Below are positions 25,970 to 38,376 of a stretch of 64,000 nucleotides of DNA, piece after piece (position 1 is the stretch's first letter; each line of letters starts with the position of its first letter). The stretch lies in NCBI RefSeq assembly GCF_006345805.1, contig NC_043002.1, forward strand, positions 89,838,001-89,902,000, written 5' to 3'. Position numbers and translations under genes: made by a program. Source of the DNA: Octopus sinensis (Eukaryota). The notes beneath the pieces are model-generated. The model had not been told where the DNA came from, searched no databases, and worked only from the letters and a program-made list of their open reading frames with translations.

Positions 25970-27237
25970 CAGGGGTTGGACAAAATAATGGAAACATCTA
26001 GCATCATAATTTTGAAATATCTATAAAAATCATCAAAAGCTTGTTTATTTTTATGCCTTTTTTGATTTATTAATAGTGTGTTTAATATGTTTTGCCAAAA
26101 TTGCTGTTTCTTTTCAGATATGAGAAAAAAGGTAATTAAAATTCATTAAAATGACAGATCTATTGAACTTTCAAAGAGGTCAAAATGTTTGGTGCTCATA
26201 TGGCAGGTGCTAGCATAAGGAAAAACAGCCGAAATGTTTGGTGTATTAAGAAGTACCCTCTTGAAAATAATGATAGCCCTTGAGAAAGAGGGAAAAACCT
26301 CTGTGTTGAAACAAAACTCCAGAAGAAAACCAAAACTTTCAGATAGGGACTGCCGAACTCTTACTTGAATTGTTAGAAAGGATCACAAAAATGCAGCTCC
26401 CAAAAGTACTGCAGAGTTTAATGACCACCTTGAGAACCCAGTTTCCACAAAAACTGTTCACTGGGAGCTGCACAAAGCTGGATTTCATGGGAGGGCAGCA
26501 ACCAGAAAACCACTACTTTCAAAAACAAATGTTACAAAGCATTTAGAGTGGAGTAAAAACCTACAGAATTGGTTCCTAGAGCAGTGGAAGAATGTTATTT
26601 TCTTGGACGAGTCATCATTTACCTTATTTCTGACCACCAGCCGAGTATACATGTGGAGACAGCCAAAAGAAGCATTTGGCCCAGATTGCCTTCTTCCAAC
26701 TGTTAAACTTGGAGAAGGATCTGTGATGATCTGGGGGTCTGTATTTTGGAAATCTGCCAGCCCATTGGTTTTCCTTCATGGCAGAATTAATAGTCAAGGT
26801 TATTTTAGCATTTTATCTGATCAAATTCATCCTATGGTTGCAGAACTGTTTCCGGAAGGAAACACAATCTTTCAGGATGATAATGCACCAATTCACACAT
26901 CTAAAGTTGTTACTGAATGGCATGAGGAACATTCTAGTGAAGTTGAACATCTTATCTGGTGACGTTAGTCCCCAGATCTCAATATTACTGAACATTTATG
27001 GTGCATTTTAGAAAAAACAAGTAAGGAGTCGATATCCTTCACCAGCATCACTACAAGAACTGCAGACTGCTTTAGCTGAAGAATGGACAAAAATTCCTTT
27101 GGAAACAATTCAAACTTTGTACGAGTCCATACCTTGTAGAATTCAAGCTGTAATTACTGCCAAAGGTGGTCCTACCCGATATTAAAATAAGCTTATTTGA
27201 AATTTGAAGGTGTTTCCGTTATTTTGTTCAACCCCAG
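25970..27237 (+). mobile_element. Full-length decayed Tc1-family DNA transposon (about 1.27 kb)
   Basis: TIRs of about 30 bp, CAGGGGTTGGACAAAATAATGGAAACA and TGTTTCCGTTATTTTGTTCAACCCCAG; TA on the right side. Confidence 0.9.
26151..27185 (+). pseudogene. Tc1-like transposase, DD36E spacing, with stops and frameshifts
   Basis: N-terminal FQRGQ helix-turn-helix start, DESSF, VMIWG, FQDDNAPIH, W*R*SPDLNITEHLW and C-terminal AKGGPTRY*. Confidence 0.88.
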
Positions 27238-27277
27238 TATATATTAGCACATTGTATGTGTGTATGTATAAAGGGTG

Positions 27278-27605
27278 AAGACCCCCTTCAGTCATGAATG
27301 ACCTTAGGATTGCACCTAGAAAGATCCCCTCCAAGGCACAAGTCCAGGCAAGGGTATTTTTGGAAGACCAGCAGTTGCCCATTGATACCAGCCTCCCTCT
27401 CCATGCCACCAATATCATCTGAGGGAAAGGAAAAGGCTGATACAGTTTGACACCAGTGACATTGCAACTCATTTCTACAGCTGATGAACTGGATCAACAT
27501 GAAATAAAGTGTCTTGCTCAAGAACACAACACACAGTCTGAGCCAGGAATCAAACTCACTACCTCATGATAGTGAACCCATTGCTCTAGCCATCAAGCCA
27601 TGCAC
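27278..27605 (-). mobile_element. SINE head/body B + tail Z, diverged
   Basis: Reverse complement of 17810-18153. Confidence 0.8.
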
Positions 27606-27996
27606 CAACAAGCATATTCATACACATCTATATGTATGGGTCAGTGCATGTATGAATGAATGAATGAAAGGGACAGGTATCACAGCAACTTGCCATTCAT
27701 CACAGTCCTTCATCATCTATTATACAAAGTAGTAGAGAATAACCGATCAGCTATGTTATACTTTTCATGTTTTATTTTTTGTTGTGGGGCCTGGGGGTTG
27801 GACACGATTTCTATGGCTAGATGCCCTTTCTATCTCTAAGTATTTACAGTTTGGATTAATGTATTTTAGTGAGTCACTGGAAGTAAAAATATTGTCTGCA
27901 GAAAGACAAAAGAGTGCTCTATATGCTCTATGTTGAGTACTTGCTATTTGCCAGTAGATATTTCTGTTGTTACAAATAGATTTCTATTATACGTGT

Positions 27997-28499
27997 ATAC
28001 AAGCAAAACACTCCCTGTCCAATGGACGGTGCATTTAAACCAAATTTTCTCAAAACACTGATTTGAGAAACACTGATTTAACCTAAATTAAGGAAAAAAA
28101 AAACATCTTGAGAAATCAAATAGCCTTTCCTTCCTTCATGCCAAGTTTGAAGAAAATATCTCTTTTGCATCTTACTATTTTGGTCTCTTAAATATACTGC
28201 ATTTTGTGGCATTATTTCAAGCCAGCCGACTTCTTTTGTGCAAACTGCACGTGCATTTTACTCGCATATGTGTAGTATTGATCACAACAGCAGATGTACT
28301 TGCACGTACAAATGCATGTTCCCACGACTTTATTGGTTGCATTCTCACCTTGAATCGATTTTTGTAATTTTTTCAAGACTTATACACGCCCTGATACCGT
28401 CGGTATCTACATATCAAATTTAAGTGCAATCGGATGGAGGATGCCTGAGATCCAAGAAGACACACGCACAGACAAACAGAACGGATTTTATATAACAGA
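27997..28499 (-). mobile_element. Non-autonomous Helitron-like element (same family as 3381-3922)
   Basis: Minus strand starts TCTGTTATATAAAATCCGTTCTG and ends with hairpin CCGTCCATTGGACAGG before CTTG. Confidence 0.6.
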
Positions 28500-28502
28500 T
28501 AA

Positions 28503-28872
28503 AGGTGGTGAGCCGGTGGAATCATTAGCATGCCAGGCAAAATGCTTTGCAGGATTTTGTTTGTTGGGCTGACTGGATCCTTGTGAGTGGATTTGGTAGG
28601 CGGAATCTGAAGAAAACCCGTTGTATATATAAGCATATACATATCTTTATGTGTGTGTGTCTTTGTGTCTGTGTTTGTCCCCTCGCCTGCACCACTTGAC
28701 AACATGTGTTGGTGTGTTTACATCCCTGTAACTTAACAGTTTGGCAAAAGACACTGATAGAATAAGTACTAAGCTTGAAAAAAAGCACTGGGGTTGATTG
28801 ATTTAACTAAAAATTCTTCAAGGTGGTGCCCCAGCATGGCCATAGTCTAATGACTGAAACAAGAAAAGAATA
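28503..28872 (+). mobile_element. Chimeric SINE: family D head joined to family A body and tail
   Basis: 28503-28560 matches the family D head; sequence from about 28575 matches family A. Confidence 0.65.
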
Positions 28873-29004
28873 AAATATATATGTGCTTCTATATGTTGAT
28901 ATACCTGTATGCAAGGCCCTACATAGATATAGGGGTTTATGCAGTTGATAATCCTTTATCCAAAATTCCAAAATCCAAAAGTTTTTTTATTTTGAAATGA
29001 CATG

Positions 29005-29414
29005 TTTACTCTTTTACTCTTTTATTTGTTTCAGTCATTTGACAGTAGCCATGCTGGGGCATCGACTTTAGTCAAGCAAATCGACCCCAGGACTTATTCT
29101 TTGTAAGCCTAATACTTATTCTATCTGTTCTTTTGCCAAACTGCTAAGTTACGGGGATGTAAAAACACCAGCATCGGTTGTCAAGCAATGTTGGGAGGAC
29201 AAACACAGACACACAAACACACACACATATATATACATATACATATATACGACGGGCTTCTTTCAGTTTCTGTCTACCAAATCCACTCACAAGGCTTTGG
29301 TCGGCCCAAGGCTGTAGTAGGAGACACTTGCCCAAGGTGCGACACAGTGGGACTGAACCCATAACCATATGGTTGGTAAGCAAGCTACTTACCACACAGC
29401 CACTCCTGCACCTA
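29005..29414 (-). mobile_element. tRNA-derived SINE family A (nested)
   Basis: Full-length reverse-complement match to family A. Confidence 0.88.
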
Positions 29415-29867
29415 TTTGGCGGGCTTTTATCTTTAAGTTTGTAAGCAGTAATCATTATGTTTTGTTTTTTGTGCAGTAAGCACAAAGCATTATTTTTATG
29501 TGAGATCTGAATATCACCTCCATGTATGAGTGTTAAACGCTGACTTTTTTCACTTTTCATCTTATTTGCCTGTAATCATATTCATTGCTTTGCTTTTACA
29601 TCTCACATAGAACCTAATACCTATGTTGTAAAAAATAAAATACAAATGGTGTATGTGTACTGTAACCTTTTCATCAAAATGTGACACTGTAGGTGGAGAC
29701 AGATATCTTACCTTCCTGATGGTATTATGCATAAAAAATTATTAAAAGTTTATCTGTTACTGCAATTAGGATATATATATATAAGCCATATTATGAAATG
29801 TAAATGGAAACTGTGTTTAGACTTGGGTTCCATCTTCAAGCTGTTCCATTTTATAGATGTTATAATA

Positions 29868-30382
29868 AGGAAATTATTGTATACAGTGCTCAGGTGCACC
29901 ACAACTTGTCAAAGGTGCGTATAAAGTATATGCAGTAATGTACAAATGTCTGGAGAGCGAACAGGGTATGAATCAGATACATGCTTGCGTGTGTATGGAG
30001 GGGAGAAAATCAGGTGTAGTGTTGGCGAATCTCAGGAATCCTGGAAGTTTTGAAGGATGCAGTGCTCCGACAACTAACAACTGATGCCGGCAGTTTGTTC
30101 CATGCTTCAGCAACTCTTAGCGTGAAAAAATGTTTCCAAAAGTCATGGGAGCTGTGCTGTTTTCTGACTTTGTAAACATGCCCACGGGTGTTAGATGGGT
30201 GAAGTTTGAAAAGGTGCTCAGAGTTATTGTTTGTAAGATGGTTAATAATTTTATGGGTGTCTGCCAAGTCAGCTGCCAGACGTTGGACTTTCAATGTATC
30301 CATGCCCAGAGAAGTAAGGCGTTCAGAGTATGGCAAATGCCTGATGGAGGGTATTCTCTTGGTTGCACGTCGTTGAACGGTT
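29868..30382 (-). mobile_element. CR1-group LINE 3' fragment
   Basis: PYSERLTSLGMDTLK..RLAADL, TRGH.YK and FFTLRVAEAWNKLP..VV...SFK are typical of a CR1 ORF2 C-terminus. Confidence 0.85.
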
Positions 30383-31168
30383 GCACGTTAATATTAAAAT
30401 ACTCTGAAATCCACAAAAAAATCTGAAATCTTCAAAAAAACTTTTAGTCTTGGGGATTTTGGATAAGGGATTCTCAATAGTTCTTGTTACTCCATTTCTC
30501 TCTCCATTCTATTTGGAGTAGAATTGCTTATAGACATTACAATTGGGGTATTATTTAAGCAAACAAGATATTTCTACATTAAATTGGGTCGTTATTTAAC
30601 TAAACTAGACATTATGAAGATTGCAACTGAGGTATTTAGTAAACCAGACAAGCAGATACTTCTAATGAAGAAAGAGAACTGTAGAGAATGCTGGGAGTTG
30701 TCAGTAGAAGTAGTTTATGGGTGGGGGGATAGGATATCTATCAAAAGTTAAATTATTAATGACAACAACAAGAGCCAATCAAATGACTGAATTTCAGAAA
30801 ATATTTTTCTTGATAAGAAGCAATATCTGTTGAAAAGGAGCAGCTGGTATCCAGCCTAAAGAATCACCTGATCAAGTTTATTTGGGGAAGGTAAACTCAT
30901 ATAAGTTCTCAAAATTAATAAACTGTCTTTTAGATATTCTATCTTTTACTTGTTTCAGGCATTCAACTGTGGTTACACCGGGGGAAATCAACCTCCAGTT
31001 CTTTTGTTTTTTTTAAGCTTAGTACTGATTCTATTAATCCCTTTGGTGGAACTGCTAAGTTACAGGCATGGAAACAAACCAATGCCAGTTGTCAAGCAGT
31101 AATAGGGGACACACACACACACACACACACATGCACACACAGAAAGACATGCACACACAGAAAGACAT

Positions 31169-31207
<39 letters not shown>

Positions 31208-31252
31208 AAATGAGAGAAAGAGGAAATGGAATTCATGAGATTCTTTATTAAT

Positions 31253-31336
31253 CACAACGATTGTTTCAACCCATCTTGCATTGAGCCTCCCTCATGGGTG
31301 AGATACTTAGAACTGGTTATGGTGCATCCTTCAGTG
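31253..31336 (-). other. Degenerate hammerhead-like motif in a Penelope-like repeat
   Basis: Minus strand: CAC-TGAAGGA-TGCACC..GGGTT-GAAA-CAATCG-TT-GTG-ATTAATAAA. Confidence 0.35.
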
Positions 31337-31642
31337 CAGACGTGTCTCTTCCGGTGACTTTTCAAAATGTACCTTGTTCAATAAACTCAATTTTTGCCTG
31401 CTTTGATTATACAGCATGTTGCTATAGGTTTCATGTTTTGAATGAGAGGGAATGGATACAGTTTATTTTTTTATATATACAGTTAATGGGTCTACACATA
31501 GCTGTAAATAAATGACAAAAGATAGAAGAATAAGAGAAAAATTATTTTGATAAGTATGTGCATGTTAATGTAAGCACACACATATATAGGCATACATACA
31601 CCCAAGGTCTTGTGGACAGACAAACAATATATATATATATAT

Positions 31643-31970
31643 GGGTGAAGGCGCGTGGCTTAGTGGTTAGGGCATTCGGCTCACGATTGTAAGGTCGTGA
31701 GTTCGATTCCAAGCGACGCGTTGTGTCCTTGAGCAAGACACTTTATTTCATGTTGCTCCAGTCCACTCAGCTGGCAAAAATGAGTTGTACCTGTATTTCA
31801 AAGGGCCGGCCTTGTCACACTGTGTGTCACGCTGAATCTCCCTGAGAACTACGTTAAGGGTACACGTGTCTGTGGAGTGCTCAGCCACTTGCACGTTAAT
31901 TTCACGAGCAGGCTGTTCTGTTGATCGTATCAGCTGGGACCCTCGTTGTCGTAACCGACGGAGTGCTCCT
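31643..31970 (+). mobile_element. tRNA-derived SINE (head/body B + tail X)
   Basis: A box TGGCTTAGTGG, B box GTTCGATTCC; body as at 17890-17955; tail nearly identical to 54713-54892. Confidence 0.88.
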
Positions 31971-31984
31971 TTTAATATATATAT

Positions 31985-32838
31985 GAGGACATGCATAGGC
32001 TTGAGAGAAATGAAACCAGTATGCTTGGCTGGATGTGCAATGTCAGTGTGCATGTTCAACAGAGTGTAAGCATCTTGAGAGAAAAGTGGGGCATAAGAGG
32101 AATCAGATGTGGTGTGCAAGAGAGATGACTGCGCTGGTATGGTCATGTAATGCATATGGACGAGGACAGTTGTGTAAAGAAGTGTTGATCTCTAACTGTG
32201 GAGGGGACCTGTGGTAGAGGTAGACCCAGGAAGACATGGGATGAAGCGGTGAAGCATGACCTTTGAACTTTGAACTTCCCAGAGGCAATGACTAGCGACT
32301 GAGACCTTTGGCAATGTGCTCTGCTTAAGAGGACCCATTAAGCCAAGTGCACCTGAGCTGGTGGCTTGTAAAAAAAAAAAAACATTTGAATGTCAGGCCT
32401 CATGGAGGCAAAGTGGCTGAGGCCCTTTTGCGTGTTGGGCCTCGTGGAGGCAAAGTGGCTGAGTTCTTTTTGAATGGGTCTCACAGAGGCAAGGTGGCTG
32501 AGTTCCTTTCAAGTGTTGAGCTTCATAGAGGCAAAGGTCTCAGTGAGGCAATGACTGAGACCTTTGGCATTATGTCGTGCTTGAGAAGAAGACCCATCAA
32601 GCCAAGCAAAATTGCAGCCTTGGCAGATACTGGCATCACACAAATAGCACCCATGCTGGTGGTACATAAAAGCACCCATTTCACTCTCGGAGTGGTTGGC
32701 GTTAGGAAGGGCATCCAGCTGTAGAAAACCGTGCCAAATCAGATTGGATCCTGGTGCAGCCTTCCAGCATGCCAGCCCAGTCAAACCATCCAAACCCATA
32801 CCAGCATGGACAACGGACATTAAATGATGATGATGATT
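31985..32838 (+). mobile_element. Decayed RTE LINE 3' end with ~39-bp internal array
   Basis: LRWYGHVM.MDEDSCVK..GRGRPRKTW remnants; GAGGCAAAGTGGCTGAG repeats at 32405-32540; shared 3'UTR. Confidence 0.75.
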
Positions 32839-33769
32839 ATGATATATGTGACAAGCTTCTTTCAGTTTCTGTCTACCAAACCTGCTCCCTACACTTTGGT
32901 TGGCCTGGGGCTATAGTAAGACACTTGTTAAAGGTGCTGTGCAGTGGGACTGAACCCAAGACCATATGGTTAAGAAACCTGCTTCTTAACCACATAGCTA
33001 CACCTGTGCCTATTCAATAATATTATTTAATATTAAAGATAACAGTCAAATATGTCACTTATCCTATGTGTATGTGCATGCGTGCGTGTGTGTGTGTGTG
33101 TGGTGTGTGTGTGTGTGCGCGCACATATGTGTGTGTCTGTGTGCATGTGAATGTGTGTGCAGTGTTATGGGTTGGTTTAGAATCTATAGCTGATGAACTT
33201 AGCAGAGGAAAATATTGTTAGGCAACAATACAGTGGAGTAGACCAGACAATATTCTCATCTACCAGAAAACAACACTCTCTCTCCTTCTCTCTCTCTCTC
33301 TCCTCTCTCTCTCCTTCTCTCTCTCTCTCTTCCTCCATCTCTCTCTCTCTCCATTTCTTTCCCCACTAAATTACAAAATAAATTATACAGTTTTGTTGTT
33401 TCTGTTTAATTTTAAAATTGTCATTTCCTTCTGAAATTCAAATTTTGTTTGGAAAATATTGATTTCTCCTTTTGTGGAAAACAACATATTGTAGGAATAT
33501 AGGTACAGTTGATTAAATTAATTATATAATTAGTACTTATTTTTGTAATATAATTAGTATTCACTGAATGTTGAAAACCAGTTGAGCTTGGCAAGATTTG
33601 AAACTAGAATATATAGAGGTGCTTATCAAGCACCTCTATATTTAATTTGACCAATAATAGTAATAAGGTAACATTTAATTTGACCAATAATAGTAATAAG
33701 GTAACACCAACGTCCTTTCAATGATTAACCAGAGATGATTTTTAAAATGAGAATATCTAAAATAAACTA

Positions 33770-34015
33770 AACTCCTTCACAAACGAGAATAATAAAAATG
33801 AACCCGACTGCTCTCAAAAACTAAGTAAAAAAAACTGGAAAAATAATCCAGAATTATTGTCCAGTACCGGATCAATCCTAAAATCAGTTCGTGCTAATCA
33901 CGAGGCCAAACATCCCTGAAAGTTTCATCTGAATTCATCCGGCGGTTCTTGAGATATTTTGTCTATGGACAAACAAACAACACAACTGAAAACAATACCT
34001 CCGCCTTTGCTATGG
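33770..34015 (-). mobile_element. HINE/DINE-1-like (Helentron-associated) fragment
   Basis: AAGTTTCATCTGAATTCATCC..GGTTCTTGAGATAT core, (ACAA)n and AATACCTCCGCC terminus. Confidence 0.5.
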
Positions 34016-34016
34016 A

Positions 34017-34228
34017 AATAATCCTTTCTACTAAAGGCACAAGGCTTGAAATTTTGTGGGAGGAGACTAGTCAATTACATTGATCCCAGTGTTTCACTGG
34101 TACTTATTTTACCACCCCCAAAAGGATGAAAGACAAAGCCAACCTTGGTGGAATTTGAACTCAGAAGGTAGTGACGGGCAAAATATTGCTAAGCATTTCA
34201 TCCAGTGTGCTAACAATTCTGCCACCTC
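34017..34228 (-). mobile_element. SINE family D
   Basis: Minus strand GAGGTGGCAGAATTGTTAGCAC..TCTGAGTTCAAATTCC..CTTTCATCCTTT; (ATT)n tail; sibling at 34755-34970. Confidence 0.75.
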
Positions 34229-34230
34229 AC

Positions 34231-34261
<31 letters not shown>

Positions 34262-34263
<2 letters not shown>

Positions 34264-34750
34264 CTTGGTATAAAAGATGGGCTACAGCAAATATTCTGCT
34301 CAATACCACAGATTTGCTTGTCAGTTGTTTGACCATAACCAGTTGAGCATGTCCCTTAGTGGCTGACGATATGTGCATCTCTGATCACGAGCAGAAGTAG
34401 TGGGGGAGCATCATAGCCATGTGTTGAGAGGGATTCTTTGGGGTTTGAATAGTTCACCTCTGGAAACATGGGTGGTTCTTTCAACATCCTTAAACAACCC
34501 TTATTCAGAGACCATTTGAGCGGGATGGGAACTCGACCAGAAGAAAATTCTAACTGGGCCCCACCTGCAAGGTCATGTGCTGTTTATCTTGATATGAGAT
34601 CACCATGTCGCGCACATATGGTTGTGATGCATGTGCCTGGTGTACCTTTATCAGACGGGTAGTCATGATGGGTATATTGGGCTTCGTATATTTTACCCCA
34701 GTGTCACTTTGATGGCATGAACTGCTCTCTCACTCAATAATAATAATAAT
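34262..34750 (+). mobile_element. Retroelement 3' end with (AAT)n tail inserted in an (AAT)n tract
   Basis: Flanked on both sides by (AAT)n; partial second copy at about 35340-35525. Confidence 0.55.
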
Positions 34751-35030
34751 GATGATTCTTTCTACTATAGACACAATATCTGAAATTGTTGGGGAGGAGA
34801 CTGGTTGATTAAATTGACTCCAGTACACAACTGGTACTTAATTTATTGACCCCAAAAGGATGAAAGGCAAAGTTGACCTTAGTGGAATTTGAACTCGGAG
34901 TGTAAAGACAGATGAAATACTGCTAAGCATTTCACGTGGCATGCTAACGATTCTGCCAGCTCACCGCCTTAATGATGAGGATGATGATGATGATGGTGAT
35001 AACAATAACAACAACAAGATTAATATTAAC

Positions 35031-35069
<39 letters not shown>

Positions 35070-35070
<1 letters not shown>

Positions 35071-35338
35071 TCCTACGCAAAATACTCTCTATGTAATCCC
35101 AAGGTTTAAAACAAACTTTTTATTTATTTATTTATTTTTTTATTTTTTATTATTTTTTTTAATGTATTAGACATTCACTAGTACAACACCAGAAAAAAAA
35201 GAAAGAAGGAAAAAAAAAACCCCAAATATATGGCACAGAACTTCCAGCCTGTTGTCTCTTGAGGTCTCTGGGTGAGACTTGGAGCCAACTTGTACAGACA
35301 TAAAGTAAAAGTCAAACATAGAATAATAATAATAATAA
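35070..35338 (+). mobile_element. R4/Dong-like non-LTR element, extreme 3' end in (TAA)n
   Basis: Begins with codons for ILRKILSM*, resembling the HILRKVLS* C-terminus of R4/Dong ORFs; ends in (AAT)n. Confidence 0.5.
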
Positions 35339-35600
35339 ATGCCCTGATGCAGTAACAAGCAGTGGTTTTAATATGTGTATCTATGATCACAAGCAGTAGT
35401 AGTGGGGGAGCATCATAATCATGTTTTGAGAGCAATTCATAGGGGTTTGAATAATTCACCTCTGGAAACATGGGTGTTTCATTTACCATCCTTTAACAAC
35501 CCTTATTCAGGAACCTCTTGAGCACCACCACCACCACCACCATCATCATCATCTTCTAACATCTGTTTTCCATGCTGGCATGGACTGGGCATTTATATGT

Positions 35601-35637
<37 letters not shown>

Positions 35638-35659
35638 TGAGTCTGTGTGTGTGTATGTG

Positions 35660-35944
35660 TGTGTGTGTCTTGTGTTTGCCCACCTACTTGTCAGCCCACC
35701 TACTTCTGTTGGTTTGTATATGTCTGTAACTTAGTGGTTTGGCAAAAGTGACAAAGGATATACCAGACTGAAAAACTACACTTATTCACACACATTACAA
35801 TATATATACACACACACGCACACACAAAATAAAACATGACAAAAGAACACATGTTGACAGTAGAACACATGCACACATACACACAGCAGAATGCACACAG
35901 ACAGTACAACCAGTAAATGAGAAGAGAGAGAGACACACACACAT

Positions 35945-35993
<49 letters not shown>

Positions 35994-36408
35994 CACTATG
36001 GTCAGTTTGTTAAAATTAAACTTTTCAAGCTGGTTGCCCTTATCATAGCTGCAGTTCAATAACTAAAGTAAGTAAAAGAAAGGCAAAATATTTCCTGCTC
36101 TGTATGTGTGTGTGTGTGTATGTGGTGTGTGTCTTGTGTTTGCCCACCTACTTGTCAGCCCACCTACTTCTGTTGGTTTGTATATGTCTGTAACTTAGTG
36201 GTTTGGCAAAAGTGACAAAGGATATACCAGACTGAAAAACTACACTTATTCACACACATTACAATATATATACACACACACGCACACACAAAATAAAACA
36301 TGACAAAAGAACACATGTTGACAGTAGAACACATGCACACATACACACAGCAGAATGCACACAGACAGCACAACCAGTAAATGAGAAGAGAGAGAGACAC
36401 ACACACAT

Positions 36409-36457
<49 letters not shown>

Positions 36458-36872
36458 CACTATGGTCAGTTTGTTAAAATTAAACTTTTCAAGCTGGTTG
36501 CCCTTATCATAGCTGCAGTTCAATAACTAAAGTAAGTAAAAGAAAGGCAAAATATTTCCTGCTCTGTATGTGTGTGTGTGTGTATGTGGTGTGTGTCTTG
36601 TGTTTGCCCACCTACTTGTCAGCCCACCTACTTCTGTTGGTTTGTATATGTCTGTAACTTAGTGGTTTGGCAAAAGTGACAAAGGATATACCAGACTGAA
36701 AAACTACACTTATTCACACACATTACAATATATATACACACACACGCACACACAAAATAAAACATGACAAAAGAACACATGTTGACAGTAGAACACATGC
36801 ACACATACACACAGCAGAATGCACACAGACAGCACAACCAGTAAATGAGAAGAGAGAGAGACACACACACAT

Positions 36873-36925
<53 letters not shown>

Positions 36926-37045
36926 CACTATGGTCAGTTTGTTAAAATTAAACTTTTCAAGCTGGTTGCCCTTATCATAGCTGCAGTTCAATAACTAAAG
37001 TAAGTAAAAGAAAGGCAAAATATTTCCTGCTCTGTATGTGTGTGT
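35660..37045. repeat. Three near-identical tandem copies of a 464-bp unit
   Basis: Near-identical ORFs at 35700, 36164 and 36628 give a period of 464; copies differ mainly in (CA)n length. Confidence 0.95.
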
Positions 37046-37070
37046 GTGTGTATGTGTGTGTGTGTGCATG

Positions 37071-37130
<60 letters not shown>

Positions 37131-37472
37131 TCTGTGTGTGTGTGTGTGTGTGTGTCTCTTCTCATTTACTGGTTGTGCTGTCTGTGTGCATTCTGCTGTG
37201 TGTATGTGTGCATATGTTCTACTGTCAACATATGTTCTTTTGTATCTGTGTTCTATTTTGTCTGTGTATGTATACTGTAATGTGTGTGATTAAGTGTAGT
37301 TTGCTTAATTCATAAGTGATTTTTTCTTTCACATTTTATCTTCCTGTTAAAGCAAAATTTTTGCTACTATATTTTTGGTGAAATACACTGCCTGTATTTA
37401 AAACATGTTTGAAATACAGGAAATTTATTAGAATAACTTTGGCGTTTATTAAGCAGGTATTTGAAATATTAT

Positions 37473-37700
37473 TTAACCTTTTCGTTACCAACCCGGCTGA
37501 AACCGCCTCTGGGTCTGAGTACAAATATCTTGTTTCCATAAGTTTTGAATTAAAATCTTCCACCAAACCTTAGTCACAATTTATGTTCCTAACACTAGCT
37601 TAATGATAACTAAGTTATTTTACTAAATTCTTTGTTATATTTAAAGTAATTGAAAGAAACACAGAGCATCTCAATATAAATACAGCAACGAAAGGGTTAA
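37473..37700. mobile_element. TTAA-flanked piggyBac-type MITE, second family
   Basis: TTAACCTTTTCGTTAC ... GCAACGAAAGGGTTAA. Confidence 0.75.
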
Positions 37701-37729
37701 CATGAAAGTTTGAAGGAAGGTTTTAATTT

Positions 37730-37917
37730 GACAAGTCCCTTAACTCCTTGTGGGTCGTTTGGGCACTGCAGTGTATCTAGAGCGAGAAAGCCTGGTGGAG
37801 CAATGTGAAATGAAGTGCTTTGTTCAAGAACACAATGCGTTGCCTAGTCCAGGAATTGAAAGCACTATCTTATGGTCATGAATCAGATACTCTAACCACT
37901 AAGCCATGTATCTCCAT
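37730..37917 (-). mobile_element. SINE with family B-like head and 11-bp TSD
   Basis: GGTTTTAATTT duplicated on both sides; minus-strand A box TGGCTTAGTGG. Confidence 0.65.
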
Positions 37918-38086
37918 GGTTTTAATTTAGACCCCTTTAAAACTAGAAGTCTGTATCATAGAACTGGTGGCAGTTTGGAGCAGGTTAGTATCAAAAGGGT
38001 TCAAGTAATCTTTTTATATATATTGAGTTTTAAAAAAAACCTCATTTCTGTCTGTGTCCACTAGAAGCAAAGAGTTAAGTAATTAC

Positions 38087-38294
38087 ACTCTCTTTTACTT
38101 GTTTCAGTCATGTGACTGTGGCCATGCTGGAGCACCACCTTTAATCGAGCAAATCGACCCCAGGATTTATTCTTTGTAAGCCTAGTACTTATTCTATCGG
38201 TCGCTTTTGCCGAACCGCTAAGCTACGGGGATATAAACACACCAGTATCGGTTGTCAAGCGATGTTGTGGGGACAAACACAGACACACAAACAT

Positions 38295-38376
<82 letters not shown>

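Larger units (their letters stand above)
28942..30481 (+). mobile_element. Old pogo/Tigger-like non-autonomous element carrying nested insertions
   Basis: Imperfect TIRs CAGTTGATAATCCTTTATCCAAAAT and ATTTTGGATAAGGGATTCTCAATAG. Confidence 0.55.

Noticed and set aside
33641-33706. Exact ~32-bp tandem duplication
   Set aside because: Ordinary local slippage with nothing further to support a function.
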